From: Polyangiaceae bacterium | Lineage (GTDB): Bacteria; Myxococcota_A; Polyangia; Polyangiales; Polyangiaceae | Reading direction: 5' to 3' | Assembly (NCBI GenBank): GCA_049521295.1 | Contig: JBEKOY010000008.1 | Coordinates: forward strand, 15,403-79,402 | DNA: 64,000 bases | Shown here: in pieces, positions 9,124 through 18,545 of the stretch | How positions within the stretch are numbered: position 1 is the stretch's first letter | Layout of the letters: every line of letters starts with the position of its first letter | Program-made: the position numbers and the translations under genes | Notes under the pieces: generated by a model | The model's database searches: none | Told to the model about the DNA's origin: nothing | The model's input: the letters and a program-made list of their open reading frames with translations, nothing else

Positions 9124-10322
9124 GGCAGGACCGTGACCTGTGGCGGCCCTCCGCGCTCGCTCGCGATGGCGTCTCCGGCAACCAATGTTGCGCGTTTTGG
9201 CCACTGAATCCAGGCCGAGAAAGCGGCAGGGGCGTCGTCGGTGCTCAGCTCGACCCAGTCGTCCGTGCCTCGCTCCAGTCGCCAGCGACCGATGCCGAGC
9301 GAGCACGCGCCCAGCGAAGCGATGTAGCGCCGCCCGGCGATCTCGATGGCGACGGCTTCGTTGCTCCAATCGCTCGCGGCATGGATGGCCAGGCGCACGT
9401 GTCCCCCGAGGAAAAGCTCCAGGCCGCGATCGACCGGAACGTCGCGCGTCAGGGGCGCGCCGCGCAGCGAAGTGCCGTGGCGGCTCCCGAGGTCGCGCAC
9501 GACGACGCCGCCGTCTCGTCGAGCAATCGCCAGGTGAGCGCGGCTGAGCGCGGCGGACGGGACGCGAATGAACGCCTGATGGGGTTCAGCGCTGCCATGG
9601 TTCGGGGATCGACCGACGACCACGGACTCGCCGAGCAGGAGCCTTGTGTCATTCCCACGGACAGCCGCGTGGACCGTGCATCCAGCCGCACGCTTTGCGC
9701 GAAGTTCCTGTCCGCGCCGAATCAACGATTCGTCGTTCGACGCGGTCGCCAGGGCCACCGCTTCTCGGCGCGCTCCGCTTGCGACAAGAAAGTCGAATTC
9801 GTCGATCGCGTGGCGGCGTACCGACATCTGTGTGCAGCGGGCTTGTTGAGCCCTGAGTAGATCATCGAGCTCGTCGATCGCACCCGCGTGTTCCAAGGCG
9901 CGCGCATGCCCTTCGACGTCTCCGGCGCGGGCATAAGCCTCCGCCGCCCGTTCGTGCTCCCCGAGCCGTTCGAGTTCGTGGGCGGCACCGAGCAGGTCGC
10001 GTCGCAGGCCATCGGTCAGAGGGCCGCCGGCCGTCGCAGCGATGACGGTCAGTGCGTATTTCCTTCGAGCCCGCTCGGCGAGTTCACTCGCTTCGGGGGC
10101 CGTCGCTGCGGCATCGGCGTAATGTCGCAAACGAACGACGAGCTGAGCTTCTCGATCGCCTCGGAGGATCGTGACGCGGGCCGCCTCGTCGGGGCGTCCG
10201 GCCACGGCGAACAGAGCGGCGGCCTCCGCTAGGTCGCCGCGCAGCTCCGAGGCCCGCGCCTGCACAAGCGCACGAGCGCTCCCGGGGCGGTGGCCGAACC
10301 AGCTTTCGAAGATGCGGGCCAT
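9120..10322 (-). CDS. FHA-domain protein
   Basis: 400 aa with a central FHA signature: LLLGESVVVGRSP...IRVPSAALSRAHLAIARRDGGVVVRDLGSRHGTSLRG. The N-terminal region is helical and TPR-like. Confidence 0.8.
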   Translation of the reverse strand: MARIFESWFGHRPGSARALVQARASELRGDLAEAAALFAVAGRPDEAARVTILRGDREAQLVVRLRHYADAAATAPEASELAERARRKYALTVIAATAGGPLTDGLRRDLLGAAHELERLGEHERAAEAYARAGDVEGHARALEHAGAIDELDDLLRAQQARCTQMSVRRHAIDEFDFLVASGARREAVALATASNDESLIRRGQELRAKRAAGCTVHAAVRGNDTRLLLGESVVVGRSPNHGSAEPHQAFIRVPSAALSRAHLAIARRDGGVVVRDLGSRHGTSLRGAPLTRDVPVDRGLELFLGGHVRLAIHAASDWSNEAVAIEIAGRRYIASLGACSLGIGRWRLERGTDDWVELSTDDAPAAFSAWIQWPKRATLVAGDAIASERGGPPQVTVLP

Positions 10323-10421
10323 CGACCTACCCTGTCGCCCTTCCTAGGCGTAGCAGCGTGCGACGAATCGCGCCCGGGGCTTCGTTCTGAGGCGTCGGGC
10401 GGCGCCGCTGTGTAAGCTGGC

Positions 10422-12128
10422 ATGCGTATGGCCAACAACAACCGCTTGGGCGAACTGCTCGTCCGCGAGAAACTCATCTCTTTATCGCAGCTTCGTCGCG
10501 CACAGGAAGAGCAGCAGAAGTCCGGGCAGAACTTGGGTTACACGCTCGCCAAGCTCGGATACGTGAGCGACGAGGAGATCACCGGATTTCTTAGCCAACA
10601 GTACAAAGTCCCGACGATCAATCTCGAGGAGTACGAGATCGATCTCGACATCCTGAAGCTCGTGCCGAAGGAGCCGTGCGAGCGCCACAAGGTCGTTCCC
10701 GTGTCGCGCACCGGCAACTCGCTCATCGTCGCCATGGCGGATCCGACGAACCTAAACGCCATCGACGACCTCAAATTCCTGACCGGCTACAACATCGAGC
10801 CGGTCATCGCGAGCGAGACCGCGATTCAGAACGCGATCGAGAAATACTACAACGCCGGGCCTTCGTACGACGAGGTCATGGCGGGCTTCGACGAAGCCGA
10901 GATCGAATTCAGCGGCGAGGAAGAGGACATCAGTCTGCTCGAGCTCGAGAAGGCCAGCGAAGACGCACCGGTCGTCAAGCTCGTCAACATGATGCTGCTC
11001 AACGCGATCAAGAAGGGAGCGAGCGACATCCACATTGAGCCGTACGAGAAGAAGCTGCGGGTGCGCTATCGGGTCGACGGCGTGTTGGCCGAGGAGATGA
11101 CGCCGCCGCTCAAGCTGAAGAATGCGATCACGAGCCGCATCAAGATTATGGCATCTCTCGACATCGCCGAACGGCGCTTGCCGCAAGACGGGCGAATCAA
11201 GCTCAAGCTTGGCAAGAGCCGCGAAATGGATTTCCGCGTCTCGGTCATGCCCACGCTGTGGGGCGAAAAAGTGGTCATGCGGTTGCTCGACAAGGGCAAC
11301 TTGCAGCTCGATATGGCAAAGCTCGGCTTCGACCCGAAGCCGCTCGAAGACTTCAAATGGGCCATCAACCAGCCGTGGGGGATGGTGCTTGTCACGGGCC
11401 CGACCGGCTCGGGCAAAACGACGACGCTCTACTCGGCGCTGTCGGATCTCAACAAGGTCGCGCACAACATCAGCACCGCGGAAGATCCGGTCGAGTACAA
11501 CCTGCACGGGATCAACCAGGTGCAGATGCACGACGAAATCGGCCTCAACTTCGCAATGGCGCTCCGCGCGTTCCTGAGGCAGGACCCGGACATCATCATG
11601 GTTGGCGAGATTCGAGACTTCGAAACCGCCGAGATCGCCGTCAAGGCCGCATTGACCGGGCACATGGTTTTGTCGACGCTGCATACGAACGATGCGCCCG
11701 CGACGATTTCGCGCTTGCTCAACATGGGAGTCGAGCCATTCCTCATCACGGCGAGCGTGAATCTCGTGCTCGCGCAGCGGCTGGCTCGCAAGATCTGCAA
11801 CGACTGCAAGCAGCCGATGAAGTACGAGCGCAAAATCCTCGAGGACTGCGGATTTTCGCCCGAACAGCTCGCGAACGCGAAGCTGTCGAAGGGGGCCGGC
11901 TGTCGAACGTGCAGCGGCAGCGGGTACAAGGGGCGGGTCGCGCTTTACGAGGTGATGCGGTTCTCCGACCACCTGAAGGAGATGGTGTTGCAGGGGGCAT
12001 CGACAGCGGAGTTAAAGATCGGCGCCACGAAGAACGGAATGAGCACGCTTCGGGCGAGCGGCATCAAGAAAATCCTCGATGGAGTCACGACGCCCGAAGA
12101 AATCATGCGCGTAACCATGTCCGATTGA
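10422..12128 (+). CDS. pilB: type IV pilus assembly ATPase PilB (GspE family)
   Basis: The N-terminus RLGELLVREKLISLSQLRRAQEEQQKSG is closely M. xanthus PilB-like. Walker A GPTGSGKTTT and the C-terminal tetracysteine CNDC...CRTC are present. ATG 10428 is an alternative start. Confidence 0.95.
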   Translation: MRMANNNRLGELLVREKLISLSQLRRAQEEQQKSGQNLGYTLAKLGYVSDEEITGFLSQQYKVPTINLEEYEIDLDILKLVPKEPCERHKVVPVSRTGNSLIVAMADPTNLNAIDDLKFLTGYNIEPVIASETAIQNAIEKYYNAGPSYDEVMAGFDEAEIEFSGEEEDISLLELEKASEDAPVVKLVNMMLLNAIKKGASDIHIEPYEKKLRVRYRVDGVLAEEMTPPLKLKNAITSRIKIMASLDIAERRLPQDGRIKLKLGKSREMDFRVSVMPTLWGEKVVMRLLDKGNLQLDMAKLGFDPKPLEDFKWAINQPWGMVLVTGPTGSGKTTTLYSALSDLNKVAHNISTAEDPVEYNLHGINQVQMHDEIGLNFAMALRAFLRQDPDIIMVGEIRDFETAEIAVKAALTGHMVLSTLHTNDAPATISRLLNMGVEPFLITASVNLVLAQRLARKICNDCKQPMKYERKILEDCGFSPEQLANAKLSKGAGCRTCSGSGYKGRVALYEVMRFSDHLKEMVLQGASTAELKIGATKNGMSTLRASGIKKILDGVTTPEEIMRVTMSD

Positions 12129-12135
12129 AGGACCG

Positions 12136-13260
12136 ATGAGCCAGCCTGCCGAATCCAAAGTCAATCTCCACCAGCTTCTCCGGACGATGGTCGAGAAGGG
12201 CGCGAGCGACATGCACATCACGACCGGCACGCCGCCCTTGCTGCGCGTCGACGGCAGCATCGTGCCGCTCAAGCTGCCCCCGCTCGGTCCGGTTGACACG
12301 AAGCAGCTGTGCTTTTCGGCGTTGAGCGAGGAGCAGCGAGCTCACTTCGAGAAGCACAACGAGCTCGACCTCTCGTTCGGTATCAAATCGCTGTCGCGGT
12401 TTCGCGCGAACATCTTCACACAGCGGGGCGCGGTCGCGGGTGCCTTCCGCACCATTCCCTTCAAAATTTTGAGTTTCGACGAGCTCGGACTGCCCCCCGT
12501 GGTCGCCGAGTTCGCGAACAAACCCAATGGACTCGTGCTGGTCACGGGTCCCACCGGGTCGGGCAAATCGACGACACTCGCGGCGATGATTGACAAAATC
12601 AACTGCGAGCAGAGGCTGCACATCATTACCGTCGAAGACCCGATCGAGTATCTTCACCCGCACAAGCTGTCGGTCGTCAATCAGCGCGAAGTCGGCGCCG
12701 ATACGGAGGGCTTCAAGCAGGCTCTCAAGTACGTTCTGCGGCAGGATCCCGACGTCGTGCTGGTTGGCGAGATGCGCGACCTCGAGACGATCGAAGCGGC
12801 GCTCACGATCGCCGAAACCGGCCATCTCGTCTTCGCGACGCTGCATACCAACGGGGCCATTTCCACGATTAACCGGATCATCGATGTATTTCCGTCGCAT
12901 CAGCAGCCTCAGATCCGAGCGAAGCTGTCTTTTGTGCTTCAGGGCGTGATATCGCAGCAGCTGTTGCCGCGGCACAACGCGCCCGGGCGCGTCCTCGCGC
13001 TCGAGGTGCTCGTGCCGAACCAGGCAGTGCGCAATTTGATCCGCGACGACAAGGTGCATCAGGTCTATTCGCAAATGCAGGTCGGCCAGGACAAATACTC
13101 GATGCAGACACTGAATCAGAGCCTGTTTTCTCTCTTTCAGAAGCGGCTCATCTCGCAGGAGGAAGCGACGTCACGCTCGGTCGAGCCCGAGGAGTTCCGC
13201 ATGATGATGGAGGGGCGCACAACGATGCTGAGTTCGGGGGCGCCTCCGGCACGAAGGTAG
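12136..13260 (+). CDS. pilT: twitching-motility retraction ATPase PilT
   Basis: NLHQLLRTMVEKGASDMHITTGTPPLLRVDG, Walker A GPTGSGKSTT, and the AIRNLIRE-like motif AVRNLIRDDK. Lies 7 nt after pilB. Confidence 0.95.
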   Translation: MSQPAESKVNLHQLLRTMVEKGASDMHITTGTPPLLRVDGSIVPLKLPPLGPVDTKQLCFSALSEEQRAHFEKHNELDLSFGIKSLSRFRANIFTQRGAVAGAFRTIPFKILSFDELGLPPVVAEFANKPNGLVLVTGPTGSGKSTTLAAMIDKINCEQRLHIITVEDPIEYLHPHKLSVVNQREVGADTEGFKQALKYVLRQDPDVVLVGEMRDLETIEAALTIAETGHLVFATLHTNGAISTINRIIDVFPSHQQPQIRAKLSFVLQGVISQQLLPRHNAPGRVLALEVLVPNQAVRNLIRDDKVHQVYSQMQVGQDKYSMQTLNQSLFSLFQKRLISQEEATSRSVEPEEFRMMMEGRTTMLSSGAPPARR

Positions 13261-13331
13261 TCCTCGCGCCGTTGTCGCGCACCGCTCGTCGACCTGGGCG
13301 AAGTTCGCCTGTCGCGGCCAGCGCCGACCAA

Positions 13332-13355
13332 GGAGAACCGATCGATCGGCTCTCC
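13332..13355. terminator. candidate bidirectional terminator hairpin between convergent pilT and a TPR gene
   Basis: ggagaaccgatc/gatcggctctcc is a near-perfect inverted repeat (one mismatch). It lies 2 nt from the stop of the minus-strand gene and 72 nt after the pilT stop. There is no clear U-tract. Confidence 0.35.
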
Positions 13356-13356
13356 T

Positions 13357-15996
13357 TCACTCGTACGTCGGTCTTCGTCTGCCGTGATCCACCCGCCGCA
13401 GGCCCAGCGACAAGGCCGCGGCCACCAGGTCGGGGTGAAGACTCCCCGTGGCCAGCACTTTTTTGACGTAGTCGATGCCGCGCCGCTTGTCCTTCATGGC
13501 GCCGAACGCGGCGGCAGCTACGACGCGATCCTCGAGCGGCGACGTTTCGGGCGGTGCGTCGAGCGACGCCGTCTTGCCTTTTGCAGTTTCGATGCCCCCG
13601 CTCGCCGCGCTCGCGTAGGCGCTGAGCCACGTCGCGAGCGGACCGAGCGCCAAGGGATATCGTGCGAGCAGGGGGCTGACCTCGACCGCGCGGCCTCGAG
13701 CGACCAGATCGAAGACACGCTCCCAAAGAACCCGGGGCGTCACCGTGCCATGATCCAGCGCGGTCTGCGAATAGGCGTCGGCTGCGTCGAGTCGCCCTTC
13801 GTAGCGGGCCAACCTCGCGAGGCGCAACGCCCGAACAGGCTTGGATTCGGACTCTTTGCCCCACGCCGCGGAGATCCTGTTTGCTGAGACCAGGTCGCCG
13901 ACGTTGAGCGCTGCGTCCATCGCGACGATGTCGCTCCAGGGGGCATCGTCATCGGCCATGGCCTTCAACTTGGCTGGCTCGAGCGTCACTCTACCCGACA
14001 ACGTGCCGCCGGCCATCGCCAGCGCGGAAAGCGACGGCAGCTTGCGCGCGTCGGCTTGCAGCGAGTCAAGCGCCCGCGCGACCCCGTCCGGATCGACACG
14101 CTCGTACGCCGCTGCGGCGCGCACGACCGCAACATCCGGCGAGGGGTCGAGCTCCTCGGTTGCCTTCAGCGCTTCGTCGAGTCGTCCGGCGCTCAGCGCG
14201 ACACGCGCGGCCAAGGCGCGTGCAGGCTCGAACACGGCGGAGAACTGAAGCGCGGCAACTGCCGCTTTGCGTGCGAACACCTCGTCGCCGAGCGGCAGGG
14301 CGATGCTTCCCAGCCAAACGGCGCAAGCAGGGGACTCACAGGCGGCCAATCCTTTTTGAACTGCAGCTCGCGCCTCATCGATCGTATGATGATCGATCGC
14401 TCGAATGGCCGTCACGGCGTACGGCACGAACTTGAGCCCCGAGGGCAGGGCGTCCACGTAAGTCACTACGGTGTCGACCTCGGGCGGCACCGGTAACGGT
14501 TCCCGCATCGGGTCACGGCCCCATGCGAGCGCGACGAGGGCAACAGGTTCGGCTCGGTCGGGCACCCGGGCGCGAAGCGCTTTGGCCAGCCGCATCGCCT
14601 GATCGGCATCGCCGTCGAAGGCCGTAGCACGTGCGAGGCCCACCTGAGCGACCAGGAGGTCGGCGTCGAGCTGCGAGGCCGTCCGGTAGCGGTCCCGAGC
14701 GCGGTCGTCGCCTGCGCGCTCTAGCGTGGCGCCCGCCACCATTTGGTACCAAGCGTCGCTGCTTGCGGGGCCGTCCCATCGCGGAAGGACTGCCGCCGCG
14801 CCGGCCGTGTCTCCCTGCAGCAAAAACGACGCGACCTGGGCGAAAGCGTATTTTTCCTCTGGAACCCCCACATCCTTCGCTCGCGCCATCGCGTCCTCGA
14901 ACGCAACGTCGGCACCGCCCTTCACCAGTCCAACCATGGCGCGCTCTCGCGTCCAGTCGAGGGCGGCTCGTGGACTGCGCGATTCGAGCTGGAACGCTCG
15001 AGCGAGGTCCTTCTCGATCGAGGGCAGAGCGTCGGGTCTTCCGCCGTGCAGCTGCGCTTCGACGTTCGTCAGAAGGGCCTCGGCAAGCACGTGTTCTTCG
15101 GCCCGCTTGTGCTTGTAAAATTCGAAGACACCCACCCCCGCCACCAAGAACAAGGCCAAGCTTGCCATGATCACCTGGGGGCCCTTGCCCTTCGGTTTGG
15201 GTTGCGCGCGGTCCCAGACCGCGGATGGCGCCGGGGCGGCGTCGTTCTCGAAGACGCCGGCGAGCGCGAGCGCGTCCAGCACATCCCGCGGGTGCGGAAC
15301 CCAAGGTTCACGGCGCGGCGCCTCCGGTGTAGCCGTGGCTGGGTGGGCCACCCGGCCATGCGACGGACGAATTTGAACGGCGCCGTTGGATCCGGGCATC
15401 GCCGTGGTGATCCCGGTCGTCCGCGACGCCGGCGGCGGTGGAGGGTTCCGACGCTTGGGCTCGGGCGCGGATGCCGGGTCCGGCGTGAGGAACACGCGGG
15501 TGTCGACGTCTGAGAGGCTCGGCGGCCGTCCGTTGTCCAGGGAGATGTGCGCCACCTCGGCGGCAACGGCGGTCTCGCCCCCCGTCGACTGAAGCGGCCG
15601 AAAGCCGCGGGCTCTCTCAAGCCAAAGGCGAGTCGCCGCGTCGGGTGGTCCGAGCAGGATTGCGCGATCAAGAATCTTCTCGGCGCGCGTCGCGTCGCCG
15701 CGCCGAAGGAGTACTTCTCCGAGCCACCTGTAAACCCGTGGGTCGTTCGTCGCCTGCTTGCCCGCTGCGACGAGTACCGCCTGTGCTTCCGCGAGTCGGT
15801 TGGCCTCGATGTACATGCGCGCGACCGACACGAGCACCGTAACGTCGCCGGCGTGGCGTCGCGCAGCGACCGCACCGACTTGGGCGACCAGCGAGACCCG
15901 CGGACTTTCGCAGAGCGCATCGCACAGAGCGACCGTGGTCGCTGCGCTTGGATTCTGCTTCCAGCGCTGAACGAGATCGTCGATCAGGTCGTTCAT
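13357..15996 (-). CDS. large membrane-anchored TPR/helical-repeat protein
   Basis: About 880 aa from ATG 15996 (MNDLIDDLVQRWKQNP...). N-terminal TPR-like region, Pro-rich linker, a single TM (VIMASLALFLVAGVGVFEFY), then a roughly 560-aa Ala/Leu-rich helical-repeat region. The ORF-track start at 16065 is also possible. Confidence 0.7.
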   Translation of the reverse strand: MNDLIDDLVQRWKQNPSAATTVALCDALCESPRVSLVAQVGAVAARRHAGDVTVLVSVARMYIEANRLAEAQAVLVAAGKQATNDPRVYRWLGEVLLRRGDATRAEKILDRAILLGPPDAATRLWLERARGFRPLQSTGGETAVAAEVAHISLDNGRPPSLSDVDTRVFLTPDPASAPEPKRRNPPPPPASRTTGITTAMPGSNGAVQIRPSHGRVAHPATATPEAPRREPWVPHPRDVLDALALAGVFENDAAPAPSAVWDRAQPKPKGKGPQVIMASLALFLVAGVGVFEFYKHKRAEEHVLAEALLTNVEAQLHGGRPDALPSIEKDLARAFQLESRSPRAALDWTRERAMVGLVKGGADVAFEDAMARAKDVGVPEEKYAFAQVASFLLQGDTAGAAAVLPRWDGPASSDAWYQMVAGATLERAGDDRARDRYRTASQLDADLLVAQVGLARATAFDGDADQAMRLAKALRARVPDRAEPVALVALAWGRDPMREPLPVPPEVDTVVTYVDALPSGLKFVPYAVTAIRAIDHHTIDEARAAVQKGLAACESPACAVWLGSIALPLGDEVFARKAAVAALQFSAVFEPARALAARVALSAGRLDEALKATEELDPSPDVAVVRAAAAYERVDPDGVARALDSLQADARKLPSLSALAMAGGTLSGRVTLEPAKLKAMADDDAPWSDIVAMDAALNVGDLVSANRISAAWGKESESKPVRALRLARLARYEGRLDAADAYSQTALDHGTVTPRVLWERVFDLVARGRAVEVSPLLARYPLALGPLATWLSAYASAASGGIETAKGKTASLDAPPETSPLEDRVVAAAAFGAMKDKRRGIDYVKKVLATGSLHPDLVAAALSLGLRRVDHGRRRPTYE

Positions 15997-16288
15997 GAGA
16001 TGATTGATGACTCCCCATTGTGCCGCCGAACTGGCCTGCGGCGCGAGCGAAACACACCCTGACACCCGCCGACCAATGCGGCCGATGTAGTCGGATGCGT
16101 GTGGACGCCGAAAGAAGGGTCCCGAGCGCGCACCGCCGTCTTTGGCCGTCGCGTCGCCCCCGGGAGCTACGGCTCAGGAGGGGATCTTGTTAGTCCCCCA
16201 CCCATGCATGGCCGGATGCCACGGGCGGAAAGACTCGCGAGCTCCTGCCGATCGCGCGAGCCGGGCGCGAAAGCCGGGACCTCGAGCG

Positions 16289-17206
16289 TCACTTTCGTCC
16301 AGGTGGTGTCGCCTCGGATCGCGCTCCGGCCGCGGGCAGCTTGAGCTCCTTCATGACGAGCTGAAGATCTTGCCACGCTTGGCGTTTGGCCTCGATTTGT
16401 TGCGGACTCGGCCGAAGCAAATAGGAGGGGTGGTACGTGGGCAAGACGAGGGTATGTCCGCGATACAGCTTCCACTCGCCGCGTATCTTGCTGATGCCGA
16501 CTTTCGTATCCAGTAGGGCGGCGGCCGCCGTGTTTCCGAGAGCGACGATGACGTGCGGGCGCACTAAAGCGAGTTGTTCGTGCAGGTACGGAATGCACGT
16601 CGCGATCTCTTCGGGCTCCGGTCGCCGATTGCCCGGAGGGCGACACTTGAGAATGTTGCATATGTAAACGTCACGGTCTGGCGTAAGGCCCATCGCGCCG
16701 ATCATCTGATCGAGTAAGTGCCCGGCGCGTCCGACGAAAGGCAGCCCTTGCGCGTCCTCTTCGGCGCCGGGGGCTTCGCCCACGAAGCAGAGAGAAGCCT
16801 CAGGGTTGCCACGAGCAAACACGGTTTGGGTGCGTGAGGTGCCCAGGCTGCAACGAGTGCATGATGCGACTTCGGACGCTAGGCGAGGGAGCCGGACGAG
16901 GCGATCGACGGGCGCGTCCGCCGGGGACGTCGGGGTCGCGCCAACGCTTGCGGTCGTCGTCGCGGCGGTCGCCTTAGTCGTCGTGGCGGCGGTTGTCGCC
17001 GTGGTGGCGGTTGTCGCCGTGGCGGCGGTCGGCCGCACGGCGTCCGTCTCATCGGCTCGATGCGGACCGGCTGTGGAGCGTCCACCTCTCGGAAAGCCTT
17101 CCGTCCCGGCGTCTTGGTGCCACTCGAGATACGCGCGCAACGACGCGGCAATCTCTCCCAACTCGGCTCGAGCGTCGCTCTGCTTCACGTCCGTCCCTGG
17201 CCTCAC
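16289..17206 (-). CDS. uracil-DNA glycosylase, family 4, with N-terminal extension
   Basis: CTRCSL...LCFVGEAPGAEED...PFVGRAGHLLD...NILKCRPPGNR...HPSYLLR are family-4 UDG motifs. The GTG start overlaps the tonB stop (GTGA). Confidence 0.85.
   Translation of the reverse strand: MRPGTDVKQSDARAELGEIAASLRAYLEWHQDAGTEGFPRGGRSTAGPHRADETDAVRPTAATATTATTATTAATTTKATAATTTASVGATPTSPADAPVDRLVRLPRLASEVASCTRCSLGTSRTQTVFARGNPEASLCFVGEAPGAEEDAQGLPFVGRAGHLLDQMIGAMGLTPDRDVYICNILKCRPPGNRRPEPEEIATCIPYLHEQLALVRPHVIVALGNTAAAALLDTKVGISKIRGEWKLYRGHTLVLPTYHPSYLLRPSPQQIEAKRQAWQDLQLVMKELKLPAAGARSEATPPGRK
16983..17036. repeat. 18-nt imperfect tandem repeat (about 3 copies) inside the UDG linker
   Basis: The three units are gtggcggcggttgtcgcc, gtggtggcggttgtcgcc and gtggcggcggtcggccgc. 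On the minus strand they encode the TATTATTATTAATTT Thr/Ala tract. Confidence 0.8.
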
Positions 17207-18084
17207 CGGGTAAAATGAACCGTCACGGCGAAGACCGACGCGATTGGGTTTCCGTCATGGTCAAGGGCGACGCGATAGCGCTGGGTCAGCGCGTACCTGC
17301 GTGCTTCCCGACCGAACCCGCTGCCCGGGTCTTTCAGGACGCGTACGGCCGACGCCGTGCCGTCGGATCGGACGTCCACCTGAATCGTCACGTCCGCCAC
17401 GTTCACTTGCGCTTGATCGGCCTCGGCCGGAAAGGGCACGTCCCAGTCATTGCTTTCGACCGACGCCCGGCGGGATCGATCCGGCCCGGGAGGCGTTCGC
17501 GCTGTCGGCGGCGATCCGGGTGTACCGTTCGGACTCGCGAGTCCCCGGACCGCCGTCGGGCTCGTGCCGTTGGCTGCCGTGATGCCGCCGGCGTACGAGT
17601 CGGCGTTACCGGAAATGATCGTGTTCCCGGTCAGGTCGACTGGTTCGTTCGGATTGGGCTCCTGGGTGAGCACCTTGCCTGCCTGAGCGGGCGCCACAGC
17701 GGGCGGCGGTGCTTCGCGAGGCGTCGGCCGTGGCGGCGGAGCTGGCTCGGGCTTGACCTCCGGCTCGGCCGTGGGGGGTGGGGCAGGGGGCGGCTCGTCT
17801 CGAACGACGTCGATCTCTTGGGCAGCCAGCGCCGCGGGTATCGGGCGTTCGGTCATCGCTACGAGGAGCGACAGGACGCGCGCACTCACCATCAGTCCGA
17901 GCAACAGGGCGACTGCGGCGAGGACGTAGGCCAACCACCGGGCTGCGCTTGACGATGAGGCGTCGAGCGCGAAGACCCTGGTCATTGGATCGTCGGACGG
18001 CAAACTCATGCCCCCCGCGGCGACCAGGACGCGGACATCGAGACGTCCGGAGCCGTTCGCCGCTCGCCGAGATCCGCCCGACAT
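17203..18084 (-). CDS. tonB: TonB-family energy transducer
   Basis: N-terminal TM (WLAYVLAAVALLLGLMV), a Pro-rich spacer (PPPAPPPTAEPEVKPEPAPPPRPTP), and a C-terminal TonB-like domain. Sits directly downstream of exbB-exbD. The start is uncertain; an internal ATG (MSLPSDD) is possible. Confidence 0.7.
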   Translation of the reverse strand: MSGGSRRAANGSGRLDVRVLVAAGGMSLPSDDPMTRVFALDASSSSAARWLAYVLAAVALLLGLMVSARVLSLLVAMTERPIPAALAAQEIDVVRDEPPPAPPPTAEPEVKPEPAPPPRPTPREAPPPAVAPAQAGKVLTQEPNPNEPVDLTGNTIISGNADSYAGGITAANGTSPTAVRGLASPNGTPGSPPTARTPPGPDRSRRASVESNDWDVPFPAEADQAQVNVADVTIQVDVRSDGTASAVRVLKDPGSGFGREARRYALTQRYRVALDHDGNPIASVFAVTVHFTR

Positions 18085-18109
18085 GGCTCGAGATTCCCGC
18101 GAGTCGCTC

Positions 18110-18535
18110 TCAATGCGGTGCCGGCGCGATGGGCGTCACGCCAAACGCGATTTTGGACACGCGCGCCTGCTTGAGTAGATCCAGCACGTGAATCACGCGA
18201 CCGTGGGTGACGGCCGCGTCGGCTTTGATCACGGCACGCAGCTCCGGATGCAGATCCTGGGCCTCGCGGGCAAGCCCCAGGATGACGTCGTCGCTGGCGA
18301 TTGGCTTCGTGTCGACCATCGCCCGACCATCGGCGGCGAGGATGATGCTGAAGACCACCTGGACGTCGCTGGTCCCCGTCGCGGCCTTCGGCAGGTCGAG
18401 GGGCACGGTCTGGTTCAGGACGATTTTGGTCGTGACCATGAAGATGATGAGAAGGACGAGGGTGATGTCGACCAGGGGCGTGACGTTGATCCCGGTGATC
18501 GAGTCGTCCGGGTTTTGCGAAGCGCCTCCCGCCAT
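18110..18535 (-). CDS. exbD: ExbD/TolR biopolymer transport protein
   Basis: 141 aa with ITGINVTPLVDITLVLLIIFMV, the signature TM region. Confidence 0.85.
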   Translation of the reverse strand: MAGGASQNPDDSITGINVTPLVDITLVLLIIFMVTTKIVLNQTVPLDLPKAATGTSDVQVVFSIILAADGRAMVDTKPIASDDVILGLAREAQDLHPELRAVIKADAAVTHGRVIHVLDLLKQARVSKIAFGVTPIAPAPH

Positions 18536-18545
18536 GGAGATTCTC

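Noticed and set aside
10752-11972. 406-aa minus-strand ORF (and 11258..12139 plus, 12103..13074 minus)
   Set aside because: All overlap pilB/pilT, whose identities are unambiguous. They are shadow frames.
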